Shown: positions 1 through 11,479, numbered from the whole stretch's first letter. The stretch is DNA of 63,141 nt, filler included, from 13 parts of 13 records of this genome joined end to end with filler, not necessarily neighbours in it; one strand, 5' to 3'. Notes: generated by a model not told the origin, from the sequence alone. Translations and numbers: made by a program.

Positions 1-2337
1 CAAACACACACAAACACACAAACACACACAACACGGTCACGGACAATGAGTAGTTCTCAAACACGGGACAGCACAGAACGTCCTACACGCAACAAGCTGC
101 AACATTCAGACACAGACACCCCCACCACACAACACACATGAACGCACATAACCTCGTCGGCACGTACATCGCGATAAGATGCGGCTTTATTCTCCGATCG
201 GCAACCGCAAGTAGCTTGTCGGCAGCAGTAACAGCATCCAAACTCACGAGTCAACACAGCTGCAAACGCAACAGCCGTATAGAACTACACGCGCAGAAAC
301 AATATCAATAATAGCAGAGACAACGCGAAGATACGACAAGAGCACAGGACTGCAGTTAGATCGCATCTGTACCTCTGATCACACGCACACACAAAAAGCA
401 TAGATACGGCCAAAGGAAAGACCGCAGCGCTGCAAGTTACATACCAGGATTTGCAACACCATCGCGATCCATACAGTGAGCATCTCTGAGCCCACCCGAA
501 TGCTGGTGAATTGCAAGCAAGCGTTTCGTTGACAAGCGGAGGAGATCAGGTAGAGGGCGCGGTAGAAGGTAAAAGGCGGATAAAAGTGGAAGTACACGGG
601 CAGGTTGAGAGTGTTGTATACCTGAAAGTTGAGAAAGACGGCTACAGCGGGCCCATACACACACAGAGGGAAGATAACCCATATGCAAAGTCAGATACGT
701 GCTGAAGCACAAGCAGAAATACACACGCACGCACATAACACACGCACACAGAGAGAAGAAAGAGCGACACACACACACACACCACGCACACACAGGTCCC
801 CACGGGCCCACGTACAAAAAATGACGCTGGCGATGATGAGCAAGTAGGTGACGATGGTGGCGGTGCGCACAGTGGTGAAGAAAGAGCTGAGAAGCATGGA
901 GAGTGCGACCATCACAAAGCCCCATAGGAGGAGGGGGATGATGATCACGCCAAAGTTGGTCTGCAGGAAGAAACGGATCTGCAGACAGCGAGACACACAC
1001 ACAAACACACACAACGGCGAATGTGAGAAACGAGCACAAGTTCAATCACAAAAGGGCGCATAAACGACATATACAGAGAGCGAGAAGCTGTCCTTGCGCG
1101 AACACGACCGACTACAAACCATGATACGACTGTTTAACGTATAAACAAGAACTAGGAAACTATGAAAAGAAAGGCACATACCTGCATGATGTACCCAAAC
1201 ACGATGAAGAGAATCATCACCGCAAAGTAGAGCATCAAGTTGAACACATAGCTGGTGATGAAGTAGGACTTGAGACGCAGGCCCACCGCTCGCATGAACG
1301 GCAGGATTTTCTCCTCTCGCTCCATAACAAGGGTGTGCAGCATGACAGGGAGCAGGAAACTGAGCGCGAACGGGTAGAGCAGGATGCTCAGAATGTCGAG
1401 AATGCCCTGCATGTATACACACACAAACATGCACAGACACACAAACACACACACACACGCAAATGAGCCCAGCTGATCCTTACATAGCGATATCGCAGTA
1501 AAGTGCACATACATAGTTGCAGTCCATATAAGAAAACACCACGCAGGCACACACGCATTCAAACATTATATGCTCACACAACCACCACTGCTTGGTGAAA
1601 AAAAAATACGACGACCAGTTTCGAGCGTACGAACGAAGGAGCGGTGGTGGTGTACGGAAGTCCGCCCATAGACGGCAGCAAGCGAAGATTACCCCATAAC
1701 TGCACGCAGCACACACAGATGGACACATACATGCACGCACATACACAGTCAGGGCGGGAAGCGGTAGTTCTCCAAAAAAACATCAAGCATGTCGTACCTG
1801 CGAGGAATATGTAGAGAACAACACCATAATTTTTCAACACATACACATAGTGCAGTATGCACATACAAGCTGAACGGCGGTACGGTACGTCTCCGAATAG
1901 GGGCAGTGGAGTTATCCAAACACAGACAGAGACACACAATTACACGCGCACACAAAAACATCTATACGAATGTACGCAACCGTTACCTGTGCAAGCCGGT
2001 TGTGCAGTTGAGCCATCAACACACCCCGTTGCACAATCACACCGCTAGCACCAGGCGGGTTTCGAGTGTAGCTGTTCACGTACAGCAAAACGATCGATCG
2101 TAGACAAGTCAAAAGAGTGAATGCACGCGAGAGCGAAGCAGCAGGACACAACAGAGAAACAAACATAAACATCGGAGGATACATACACGCACACGCACAC
2201 GCACAAAGTCACAGGGAGAGAAGCTGGTTCTTGCTTGCACGCGCCGAACACGACACGATCTGTCGACAAGCACACGCACACAAGCACACACGCGCACACA
2301 CATGTAGAACACACACACACACACACACGCACACACA
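1..2337 (-). CDS. Eukaryotic ABCA-subfamily ABC transporter, internal fragment (transmembrane region), spliced
   Basis: Exons 2071-1987, 1699-1631, 1406-1182, 978-816, 641-445 and 284-~165 join in frame at GT..AG boundaries. Peptides LYPFALSFLLPVMLHTLVMEREEKILPFMRAVGL and LLWGFVMVALSMLLSSFFTTVRTATIV match the ABCA membrane domain (LVxEKExKL..M..MGL motif). Confidence 0.8.
1..2337. repeat. Degenerate (CA)n/(TG)n microsatellite tracts filling introns
   Basis: CA-rich tracts at about 1-30, 720-790, 990-1010, 1415-1460 and 2270-2337. Confidence 0.9.
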
Positions 2338-2437
2338 NNNNNNNNNNNNNNNNNNNNNNNNNNNNNNNNNNNNNNNNNNNNTTAATTAATTAANNNNNNN
2401 NNNNNNNNNNNNNNNNNNNNNNNNNNNNNNNNNNNNN
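2338..2437. other. Artificial contig linker N44-TTAATTAATTAA-N44, present 12 times
   Basis: Other copies at 5749-5848, 8299-8398, 12141-12240, 18093-18192, 21021-21120, 23895-23994, 26130-26229, 36466-36565, 49550-49649, 57314-57413 and 59859-59958. The core gives stop codons in all six frames. Confidence 0.98.
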
Positions 2438-3787
2438 CCCCCGTGATGATACCACCGCCCTCCGCGTGGGGACCATGTGTACCGCCACCACTTCATGCGG
2501 ATACATACGCGCCATATACTCCCGCACCTGCGACGGACGCACACACGCCGGCACCCCCGACACATGCACCGTCACACTCGCCGCCTCCGTAGCATGTGCG
2601 CGTTCCCGCATGACGACCTGGTACGCGGTGAAATACATCAGCCCGCCCACTGCGAAGTACGTGAGCGTGCTATACCAACGCATGCCGTGGTTGAGCCACT
2701 GCAGCCACACGGTGCTCGGGTCGTCCGGGTCCAGGGACTCCGGTGTCAGCATTAGATACCCCGTGAGAGGGATCGTACCCACACGCCAGTTCAGCACACA
2801 CACCACCAGCGACAGTACACCCAGCGGGAGCGCAGCCACCCAGAACAGACGCTCTAGCATGGAGAGATAGATCCGTGCGCCGTGTCCGCACTGTACCTCC
2901 AGGTTGACCGCGCTCACGGTGAACGTGCGTGCGAGGGCGGTCCAGGTGGGCAGGTAACCCACAGGGTTCCCGCACGCACGCATTACGTAGGGCACGAGGA
3001 CGTGCAGCAGCACACCGCCCACAAAGTACGCCAGGGAGATCGCGAGCACCGTGACGACGCTGGGCAGGGTGATAGGGAGGCCGTCTACCGCAGCCAGGCC
3101 CAGCGCATACACCGTGGGGACTGCGGGGGTGGTGGTGGCGGACAGCGAGGGGGAAGACAATGAGGGAGAGGAGAGCGAAGCCGAAGAGAAAGGGTGTGTG
3201 TCTGCGTGAATGGTGGTGCTGGTGGTGTTTGTGTTGGTGTTTAGCGCGTACAACAGCGGCACACGGAACGACCCCGTGTACCCAGACGCGGCCGCCACCA
3301 TCCGCACGGTGTATGCGTCCCACTGTTCCTGCAGCATCACAGTCGTGTCAGGGTACGGTTCCTGGGTGCGTGCCTGTGCCTCGGCATCGGACGCATTGCA
3401 CGGCTGCGTGAAATTGGTGCTGCCCGGAGCGCCCAGCGGGATGGATTTGCGCAGATGGTAGAGAGCGGAGGCGGAAATGGGCAGTGGGGGAGAGGGATGG
3501 TGACCGGGAATGAGTTGATGGAGCTGCACGAAGAAGCAGACCCATGTGCTCTCAAACGCAGACTCCGGACAAAGACTGCCCCTGACGATGGTGATGTTGA
3601 GAAGCATACGGGGATTGGCTACGGCATGGGGCGGAATACATTGGGAGTCGTTCACGAGCGAGCTGCAGCATTCAGCGTAGGGGATGCAGAGTCCGTATGG
3701 TCGAACTGATTCTGTGGACACTTGCGGTACAGACACCAGTGCCGCAATTAGCAGCGCACACCATAGCCATCGTAACAGGTCCGCCAT
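2438..3787 (-). CDS. OSCA/TMEM63/CSC1-like channel, N-terminal part (3' truncated by gap), with signal peptide and Cys-rich extension
   Basis: Uninterrupted ORF. MADLLRWLWCALLIAALVSV looks like a signal peptide. GYLPTW..LEVQCGHGARIYLSMLE resembles RSN1_TM, and TVHVSGVP..VREYMARMYPHEVVAVHMVP resembles the start of the PHM7-type cytosolic domain. Confidence 0.7.
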
Positions 3788-4422
3788 GATACAAAGCTCA
3801 TTACCTGGTGTGGCCCATCGAAATCTGTGGCAGACGACGGTCACCAGCAGCAGAACCTCGCATTCGACACAGAAACAGAACACGCAAAAACAAAAACAAA
3901 AAAAACTTACCGCTGGCTTCGGCTATCACCAAGGGCCGGCTCTCCAACTGTGCTCCAATCGCCGATAGAATCTATTGACTATTATTACATGGTTACATTG
4001 TATGGCCTATTGTTACTCCGTCGGTGTCATCCCCTTCTGCATATGCAGTCCTCTCTATGGACTTCACTTACCGTTCCCATACTATCGGTATATCAGTATG
4101 TGGTTTCCGCGTAGTAGTAGTGTACACACAGTGGTGAGCGTCAAACCGGGTTCGTTCAGACTTCTCAGCTGCGTCATAAGATACACCCACACACATACAG
4201 AGAGCTGCCTCCTCATACAGTTGAAACCACAGACAAAGAATACACAAAACACTGCAACGAACACTGGGGCGCCATCCGCGGGACATACACATGCGGTGTC
4301 GAAATAAACAGTCCACTTGCCTGCCGAAACTGGAAACGAGTACGCACAGGTCACGCACGCACACACCCTCGCACAGAGTAGACAGATCGACAGTCACCAC
4401 AAACAACAAACTCAGTCCGACT

Positions 4423-4871
4423 TTATTCCTTCCACCTGTGCCTGCAGCCGCGATTGGTGCAAAACAAAAAACACAGTCATTCCTTCGTTCTCATCTGTTG
4501 TTTGCGCTTGGAAAAATACTGCTTCCCGATTATCACAGCGCTCACAGCGGGCATGCACCCGGGGCAATGTGGGATCCTCGGAGATATCATAAATAACTGT
4601 AGTTTTCTCACTGAATACACCAGCAAAACCGTAAGAAAAGTCTCCCCAGATAAAGTTTCAACAACGTACTGCTCTGTATGTTTGATCACGTTGCGGTAAA
4701 TGCAAGGATCATCGGACTCTTCTTTGAATTCACAATTTCGGCAGGCATATAGCAACACTTTGTTTAACCGGTCCTCCTTGGGGTATAACATATTGTTGCT
4801 GCACTCGAACCACCTGTCAAATTACCGCCATCGAAACAAATTTTTTTGTACCATTCAGGACAAAACCGCAT
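4423..4871 (-). CDS. RPB9: RNA polymerase II subunit RPB9 (2 introns; one homopolymer frameshift)
   Basis: Exons 4871-4852, 4798-4670 and 4610-4423 give [42 protein letters not shown]. Removing one T at 4461-4464 restores [13 protein letters not shown]. Introns 4799-4851 and 4611-4669 are GT-AG. Confidence 0.93.
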
Positions 4872-5137
4872 GGTGGATCTTTGAGCACCACACGCCCCTC
4901 TACAAAGCAAAAACTCATTTCCTTCCTACAAACTCTCCATGGTTGATTTCCACGTGCGTACGCGGTATCGCAAGAAGTGCGCACACATTGAAACACGAGT
5001 CAGACTGTGTCTGACAGATCACCGAGCGAGTTGAAGTCGGCAGCATGCATGCGTCGATATTTTTGTGTCTCCCACTCGCGTTTTCATCGTAATATCCGTG
5101 TCGTTAGGTCTGCCAGTGTGTGTGATATACAAATATT

Positions 5138-5748
5138 ATGACGGTGTCTGCTCCGCAGCCGGGATGGTTGGGCAATCTGACTGATGTACAAGCGGTGGTA
5201 TTCAACTTTGCGGTTTTCATGCGTCTGTTGTGGAATTCACTGTGAGATAGACATTGGATGCATTCCGTACCATCGTTTCTGTTCTTCCGCATCCTCAGCT
5301 GACTGATGCCGACTATCTGCGTTTTCTGCGTGCGCGCAAATTTGATTTGGAAAAAGCTGAGAAAATGTTTGCCGATTACGTGGTGCGGCTTTGTTGCTGT
5401 GTTCGTCCTCAGTCGGTATACTGATGGGCTGATGGACCTGGCTGGTGTTACGCAGAAGTGGTACGAGAAGAACCAGCCGCATTTGATAGACGAGAGAACT
5501 ATCCAAGCTCCGTTACACGCAGGTATACCTTCCTTTCTCCTCCGATTTTGTGTGCTCATCGCCGTGTGGTGAATAGGGAGTTCGTGCTTGTTTGGCCGCG
5601 ATAAAGCAGGTAGGCCCACGTTGATTCTCTTTGCCGAACGCCACTTTCCGAAGCATCGAGATCTGAACGAGTACATGCGATACGCGATGTTCATGATCGA
5701 TAGGGCACTGAAATGGTACTTGCTGTGTGTGTGTGTGTGTGTGTGTGT
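5138..5748 (+). CDS. Sec14/CRAL-TRIO lipid-binding protein, 5' part, spliced
   Basis: Exons 5138-5197, 5251-5382, 5456-5522 and 5577-5715 give GWLGNLT..DADYLRFLRARKFDLEKAEKM..GRDKAGRP. GT-AG introns are 53, 73 and 54 nt. Confidence 0.88.
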
Positions 5749-5848
5749 NNNNNNNNNNNNNNNNNNNNNNNNNNNNNNNNNNNNNNNNNNNNTTAATTAA
5801 TTAANNNNNNNNNNNNNNNNNNNNNNNNNNNNNNNNNNNNNNNNNNNN

Positions 5849-8298
5849 AAATTTGGATTCTGCGCACCTCTCTCATTGGGTCCGCAGCTGCAAACCGTTC
5901 CAGAATAAATGACAGCCAAGAAGGTGATCGTTCTACAGCAAAATTCAGCTCACGCGCAGCACCAGTGAAACGCGGTCTGCGTACCTGTAATATACGCCAG
6001 ACCAATGGCACACGCGTTCACCGCTGCCGCATTCACAGCGCTGACCACGGTGCTGACACGGTAAATCAAAACATCAATGACCTGGTGCCCCACGGTAGCA
6101 TATGACACAGCCAGCTGCGCCATCACAAGAAGAGAGACCGCCTGCAACACGTGTTAAAAAAAATATGTGTGCGTACAACCGGTGGTAATGACACTGCAAC
6201 CGAAACACCAACGTGCCTTTAAATGATTCACAGCGCGGTATTGATCTAGCAGCGAGAATGTATCTGAGAGCATAGTCTCGGAGACTTTGCCCAGCTTACT
6301 TTCCGCGAACTGCCGGATCATGCTCATCAGCTCAGATCCGATGACCACAGCTCGAGCAACGAGGTCCTTCTACAGGTCGCGAAAAATGTGGGTTGCTCAG
6401 TATGAAACACTGAAGATCTCGCGAACCGATTGTAAAGTGCTTCGACATGAAAACACACACATGGTATCTAGTTATACCGGTTGCGCGGGTGCAGGCATGT
6501 TGAGCGAGTCAAGCCCGAGTACGGCCGGCTTGAGAGAGTCTCCCACATCGTCTACCTCGACTTTGGACCTGTTGCATCCGTTTGTATAAGTATACCCCCC
6601 ATTTCGACGAAATAACCCGCAATCACCACTCTGTACAATCGATACACACGCAAACGACGTACATGTACAACGAGTCCGTTTCATCGTCTCGGTCTGGTGG
6701 CATAAACTGCATCCAGAAGTCGTACAGCTTGGGTGTGTCGCTGTAGTGCTGAAAGAACGCCGTACGCACGGATGCATTGATGTCGGCCATAAGAGGCAGT
6801 GCGACCCATTGAATCTTCGCGTTGATACCGTCGCGCTCAGTCAGCTACATACATCATAATTGTTATCAGCCAGACCTCGCTCGACCGACACAGAAGAACA
6901 TGGAACAGCCATATGTTCTGTTCTCATACCTGATTATGTAGGGCCTCAACAGCTGCTGCGCGATAGCTGGCGTCCGACCGGGAGAGGAAAGGGACCAGGT
7001 CTGCAATGATAGCTGGTGCAAGATCCTTGTGGCGGATTGCACCCATCGCCACTAGACTGCCGATCGCCAGATCTAAACGCAACATTTGACTTAAACAATA
7101 ACAACATCGACGCATGTCACCCACATACGTTTGATCTGAGGCGACGTTAACTTTGCCAAGAGCGGATCAGCCTCTCGCTGAAACTTTTTGGCAGACGCCG
7201 CCTCTAAGTCGGTCTACAATATCACACCCACAAATATATCAGTATTGTGCGGTCTCGACACATCTCCGTCATACTAGAGGAACATAGAGGTACCTTAAGA
7301 TACGACAGGTACGATGCGCCAAACTCAGGCTTGTGTTGGCACACCACACGGTGTATGAGACCGTACAGATGGAGTGCTGCCTCCCGGAAAGGTGCCACAG
7401 GATGATACGTGTACTTCCTACACAGCAGCGCTTAGTACGTTGAGATTCCCAAGAACGTAACATAAACAGTCTAGCGTTCGAAACTATTCGGTACAGCACG
7501 GCAGGCAGCGTACCGTGTAGCATCGCGCAAACGCTCGATATTGCGCGGAAACGCGAGCATGCATCGGGGTCTGGTCAAAAGCAGTACAATCATATAGATG
7601 GCAATTTCGCGTTTTACCGAGATTGCAGCGGGCGCACTCTCATACTGTTCGAGGAAGATGTCGAATGTGCGCTGCCAGATCAAGAACGTGACGCGATGAA
7701 GCGACTGCATGGCTAACAGCCGCAGCAGGATGATGCACGATCTACACGTGCGTGCAGTTAACACAGCTGCATCCACGCAGATGAAGCAAGCAACGTACTC
7801 GACAGTCATCCAGGGCAGCGTCGGAGCAGTGGTGCCTCGGGAAGCGGATGCCTTCTGCTGCATGGATGAAACAAGGCCCAGCACACGGGTCAGAACGGCA
7901 CGGATCCGCGAGGGTATGGTCTTCCCCCCTGTGAAGCAACACCGGACTGCTGCCAGGCACCCGCTCCTACCAGATATACAATGAGCATACAGGTCAATTG
8001 AGAAATGAATGTGTGTGGGACATGCCTTCTGAGCGTATCCGGACCACCGGTAATGATGGGCATGAGTAGGGCTAGAAACTGGTCTTCTCTCTCGGCCATC
8101 TACATTCCGCGGTGATAGTTAAACAAAGTCGCGCAAGACGGGGGCATATCGACCGCGCACACACCTCCGCCGTATTGAGCCTGGCAACCAACAACGCGGG
8201 CCACAGAGGCAGCAGTGGCGTCCATCGGCCTTCTTCCTTCAACAGCGTACTGACAAACGCCAGATAACGGTTGGCTCGTAGAGTGGCCGCCACCTGGG
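5849..8298 (-). CDS. Unidentified intron-rich eukaryotic protein, internal fragment, possibly an alpha-solenoid (HEAT/ARM-like)
   Basis: Successive amphipathic-helix exons on the minus strand (e.g. LAPAIIADLVPFLSRSDASYRAAAVEALHNQ) separated by short introns such as 8100-8163, 7967-8025 and 7742-7798. Confidence 0.5.
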
Positions 8299-8398
8299 NN
8301 NNNNNNNNNNNNNNNNNNNNNNNNNNNNNNNNNNNNNNNNNNTTAATTAATTAANNNNNNNNNNNNNNNNNNNNNNNNNNNNNNNNNNNNNNNNNNNN

Positions 8399-8915
8399 GG
8401 CCGCAATCCTTGTGGGACAAGGCGTTAAATCCTGGATCAAAGACAAAGTCCAGGAACCACGACCTTTTGTTATCTGGCTGGAAAAAACACATCATATTCC
8501 GGTTGATGAGTTCTACACTTTAAAGCGAGCAGAACGCGGAAATCTAGTGAAAGAACAGTTGGCTGAAGAGAAAAATATCCCACAATATTTGCGTTCACAC
8601 TGGCAGAAAGAGACGGGGTTTGCCTTTCCTTCCGGTCACACGATGTTTGCTGCCAGTTGGGCACTGCTGGCCGTTGGTTTGCTGTGGCCGCGTCGGCGAA
8701 CGTTAACCATTGCTATCTTGCTGGTCTGGGCAACGGGAGTCATGGGAAGCCGCCTGCTGCTCGGGATGCATTGGCCACGCGATCTGGTAGTAGCTACGTT
8801 GATTTCGTGGGCGCTGGTGGCGGTGGCAACGTGGCTTGCGCAACGAATTTGTGGGCCATTAACACCACCTGCGGAAGAAAATCGCGAAATAGCGCAACGA
8901 GAACAAGAAAGTTAA
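8399..8915 (+). CDS. pgpB: Phosphatidylglycerophosphatase B (5' truncated)
   Basis: PAP2 motifs KDKVQEPRP, FPSGH and SRLLLGMHW; synteny with lapAB. Confidence 0.97.
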
Positions 8916-9063
8916 CGCTGGTTGATTTTCCGAATTTAGCCCTTAAATCATCAACAATGCGTGTGGATGCCATTTCGCAGACGGCGCGAAAATGGTACTT
9001 TAAAGGGCTATTGCGGTAAGTTGACCATAATTTATTCGCTCTAACCACATAACGGGAAGTAAT

Positions 9064-9372
9064 GTGAAATATTTACTCATTTTCTTACTGGTGTTAGCGA
9101 TCTTCGTGATTTCGGTCACGTTGGGTGCGCAGAACGATCAACAGGTGACGTTTAATTATCTGTTAGCGCAAGGGGAGTACCGTATTTCCACATTGCTGGC
9201 GGTATTGTTTGCTGCGGGGTTTGCTATCGGTTGGTTGATTTGTGGCCTGTTCTGGCTGCGAGTTCGTGTTTCCCTGGCGCGCGCTGAACGTAAAATAAAG
9301 CGACTGGAAAACCAGCTTTCACCCGCGACTGACGTGGCTGTAGTGCCGCACTCGTCAGCGGCGAAGGAATAA
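9064..9372 (+). CDS. lapA: Lipopolysaccharide assembly protein A
   Basis: 102 aa with two TM segments, upstream of lapB. Confidence 0.96.
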   Translation: MKYLLIFLLVLAIFVISVTLGAQNDQQVTFNYLLAQGEYRISTLLAVLFAAGFAIGWLICGLFWLRVRVSLARAERKIKRLENQLSPATDVAVVPHSSAAKE

Positions 9373-9378
9373 CTTTCT

Positions 9379-10548
9379 ATGCTGGAGTTGTTGTTTCTGC
9401 TTTTGCCTGTAGCCGCTGCCTATGGCTGGTATATGGGCCGCAGAAGTGCGCAACAAAACAAGCAAGATGAAGCCAACCGCTTGTCGCGTGATTACGTAGC
9501 GGGGGTTAACTTCCTGCTTAGTAATCAACAGGATAAAGCGGTAGACCTGTTTCTCGATATGCTTAAAGAGGATACAGGCACCGTTGAAGCCCACCTTACG
9601 CTCGGAAACCTGTTCCGTTCGCGTGGCGAAGTTGATCGCGCTATTCGCATCCATCAGACCCTAATGGAAAGCGCCTCGCTGACCTATGAACAGCGTCTGT
9701 TGGCGATTCAACAACTGGGGCGTGATTACATGGCCGCCGGGTTATATGACCGCGCGGAAGACATGTTCAATCAGCTGACCGATGAAACTGACTTCCGCAT
9801 TGGCGCGCTGCAACAGTTGCTACAAATCTACCAGGCTACCAGTGAGTGGCAGAAAGCAATTGATGTTGCCGAACGCCTGGTGAAGCTGGGTAAAGATAAA
9901 CAGCGCGTCGAAATTGCCCATTTCTACTGTGAGTTAGCCCTGCAGCATATGGCCAGCGACGATCTCGATCGTGCCATGACCTTGCTAAAAAAAGGGGCGG
10001 CGGCAGATAAAAACAGCGCCCGCGTATCCATAATGATGGGACGCGTGTTTATGGCGAAAGGAGAATACGCCAAAGCCGTCGAAAGTCTGCAACGCGTGAT
10101 ATCCCAGGACAGAGAACTGGTCAGCGAAACGCTGGAAATGTTGCAAACCTGCTATCAGCAGTTGGGTAAAACTGCCGAATGGGCAGAATTCCTGCAGCGT
10201 GCGGTGGAAGAGAACACCGGTGCCGATGCTGAATTGATGCTTGCTGATATCATCGAAGCGCGCGACGGTAGTGAGGCCGCACAGGTCTATATTACGCGCC
10301 AGCTTCAGCGTCATCCGACCATGCGTGTGTTCCATAAGTTAATGGATTACCACTTAAATGAAGCGGAAGAAGGGCGTGCCAAAGAGAGCCTGATGGTGCT
10401 GCGTGACATGGTTGGCGAGAAGGTACGTAGTAAGCCTCGTTATCGTTGCCAGAAATGTGGTTTTACCGCATACACCCTCTACTGGCATTGTCCGTCTTGT
10501 CGGGCCTGGTCAACCATTAAACCGATTCGCGGTCTTGATGGCCTGTAA
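9379..10548 (+). CDS. lapB: Lipopolysaccharide assembly protein B
   Basis: 389 aa: N-terminal TM, TPR repeats, C-terminal CxxC..CxxC rubredoxin domain. Confidence 0.98.
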   Translation: MLELLFLLLPVAAAYGWYMGRRSAQQNKQDEANRLSRDYVAGVNFLLSNQQDKAVDLFLDMLKEDTGTVEAHLTLGNLFRSRGEVDRAIRIHQTLMESASLTYEQRLLAIQQLGRDYMAAGLYDRAEDMFNQLTDETDFRIGALQQLLQIYQATSEWQKAIDVAERLVKLGKDKQRVEIAHFYCELALQHMASDDLDRAMTLLKKGAAADKNSARVSIMMGRVFMAKGEYAKAVESLQRVISQDRELVSETLEMLQTCYQQLGKTAEWAEFLQRAVEENTGADAELMLADIIEARDGSEAAQVYITRQLQRHPTMRVFHKLMDYHLNEAEEGRAKESLMVLRDMVGEKVRSKPRYRCQKCGFTAYTLYWHCPSCRAWSTIKPIRGLDGL

Positions 10549-10741
10549 TTTTTAAAAAAAATCCGACTTTAGTTACAACATACTAATTATTAATGTTCCA
10601 TTGTGCTCCGGCAACGACGGCGCAGAAAAAGCCTGCCAGGGGAGAAATCGCAACTGTTAATTTTTTATTTCCACGGGTAGAATGCTCGCCGTTTACCTGT
10701 TTCGCGCCACTTCCGGTGCCCATCATCAAGAAGGTCTGGTC

Positions 10742-11479
10742 ATGACGTTAACTGCTTCATCTTCTTCCCGCGCTGTTACGAATTCTCCTGTGGTTGTTGC
10801 CCTTGATTATCATAATCGTGATGACGCGCTGGCCTTTGTCGACAAGATCGACCCACGCGATTGTCGTCTGAAGGTCGGCAAAGAGATGTTTACATTGTTT
10901 GGGCCACAGTTTGTGCGCGAACTTCAACAGCGTGGTTTTGATATCTTTCTTGACCTGAAATTCCACGATATCCCCAACACTGCAGCGCACGCTGTCGCTG
11001 CTGCAGCTGACTTAGGCGTGTGGATGGTGAATGTTCATGCCTCTGGTGGGGCGCGTATGATGACCGCAGCGCGTGAGGCACTGGTTCCGTTTGGCAAAGA
11101 TGCACCGCTTTTGATTGCTGTGACAGTGTTGACCAGCATGGAAGCCAGCGACCTGGTCGATCTTGGCATGACACTGTCACCTGCAGATTATGCAGAACGT
11201 CTGGCGGCACTGACGCAAAAATGTGGCCTTGATGGTGTGGTGTGTTCTGCTCAGGAAGCTGTGCGCTTTAAACAGGTATTCGGTCAGGAGTTCAAACTGG
11301 TTACGCCGGGCATTCGTCCGCAGGGGAGTGAAGCTGGTGACCAGCGCCGCATTATGACGCCAGAACAGGCGTTGTCGGCTGGTGTTGATTATATGGTGAT
11401 TGGTCGCCCGGTAACGCAATCGGTAGATCCAGCGCAGACGCTGAAAGCGATCAACGCCTCTTTACAGCGGAGTGCATGA
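10742..11479 (+). CDS. pyrF: Orotidine-5'-phosphate decarboxylase
   Basis: [10 protein letters not shown] motif; 245 aa from ATG 10742. Confidence 0.98.
   Translation: MTLTASSSSRAVTNSPVVVALDYHNRDDALAFVDKIDPRDCRLKVGKEMFTLFGPQFVRELQQRGFDIFLDLKFHDIPNTAAHAVAAAADLGVWMVNVHASGGARMMTAAREALVPFGKDAPLLIAVTVLTSMEASDLVDLGMTLSPADYAERLAALTQKCGLDGVVCSAQEAVRFKQVFGQEFKLVTPGIRPQGSEAGDQRRIMTPEQALSAGVDYMVIGRPVTQSVDPAQTLKAINASLQRSA

Noticed and set aside
1..2337. Many Cys/Val- or His/Thr-rich short ORFs
   Set aside because: They are translations of TG/CA microsatellites inside introns.
3960..4070. U6-like or other snRNA (GGATGACAC on the minus strand)
   Set aside because: Only a short match, with no ACAGAGA box or flanking U6 structure.
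4423..5748. Alternative genetic code in the eukaryote
   Set aside because: Spliced exons read through in the standard code, the stops fall in introns, and RPB9 ends at TAA in the conserved position. The sample is small.
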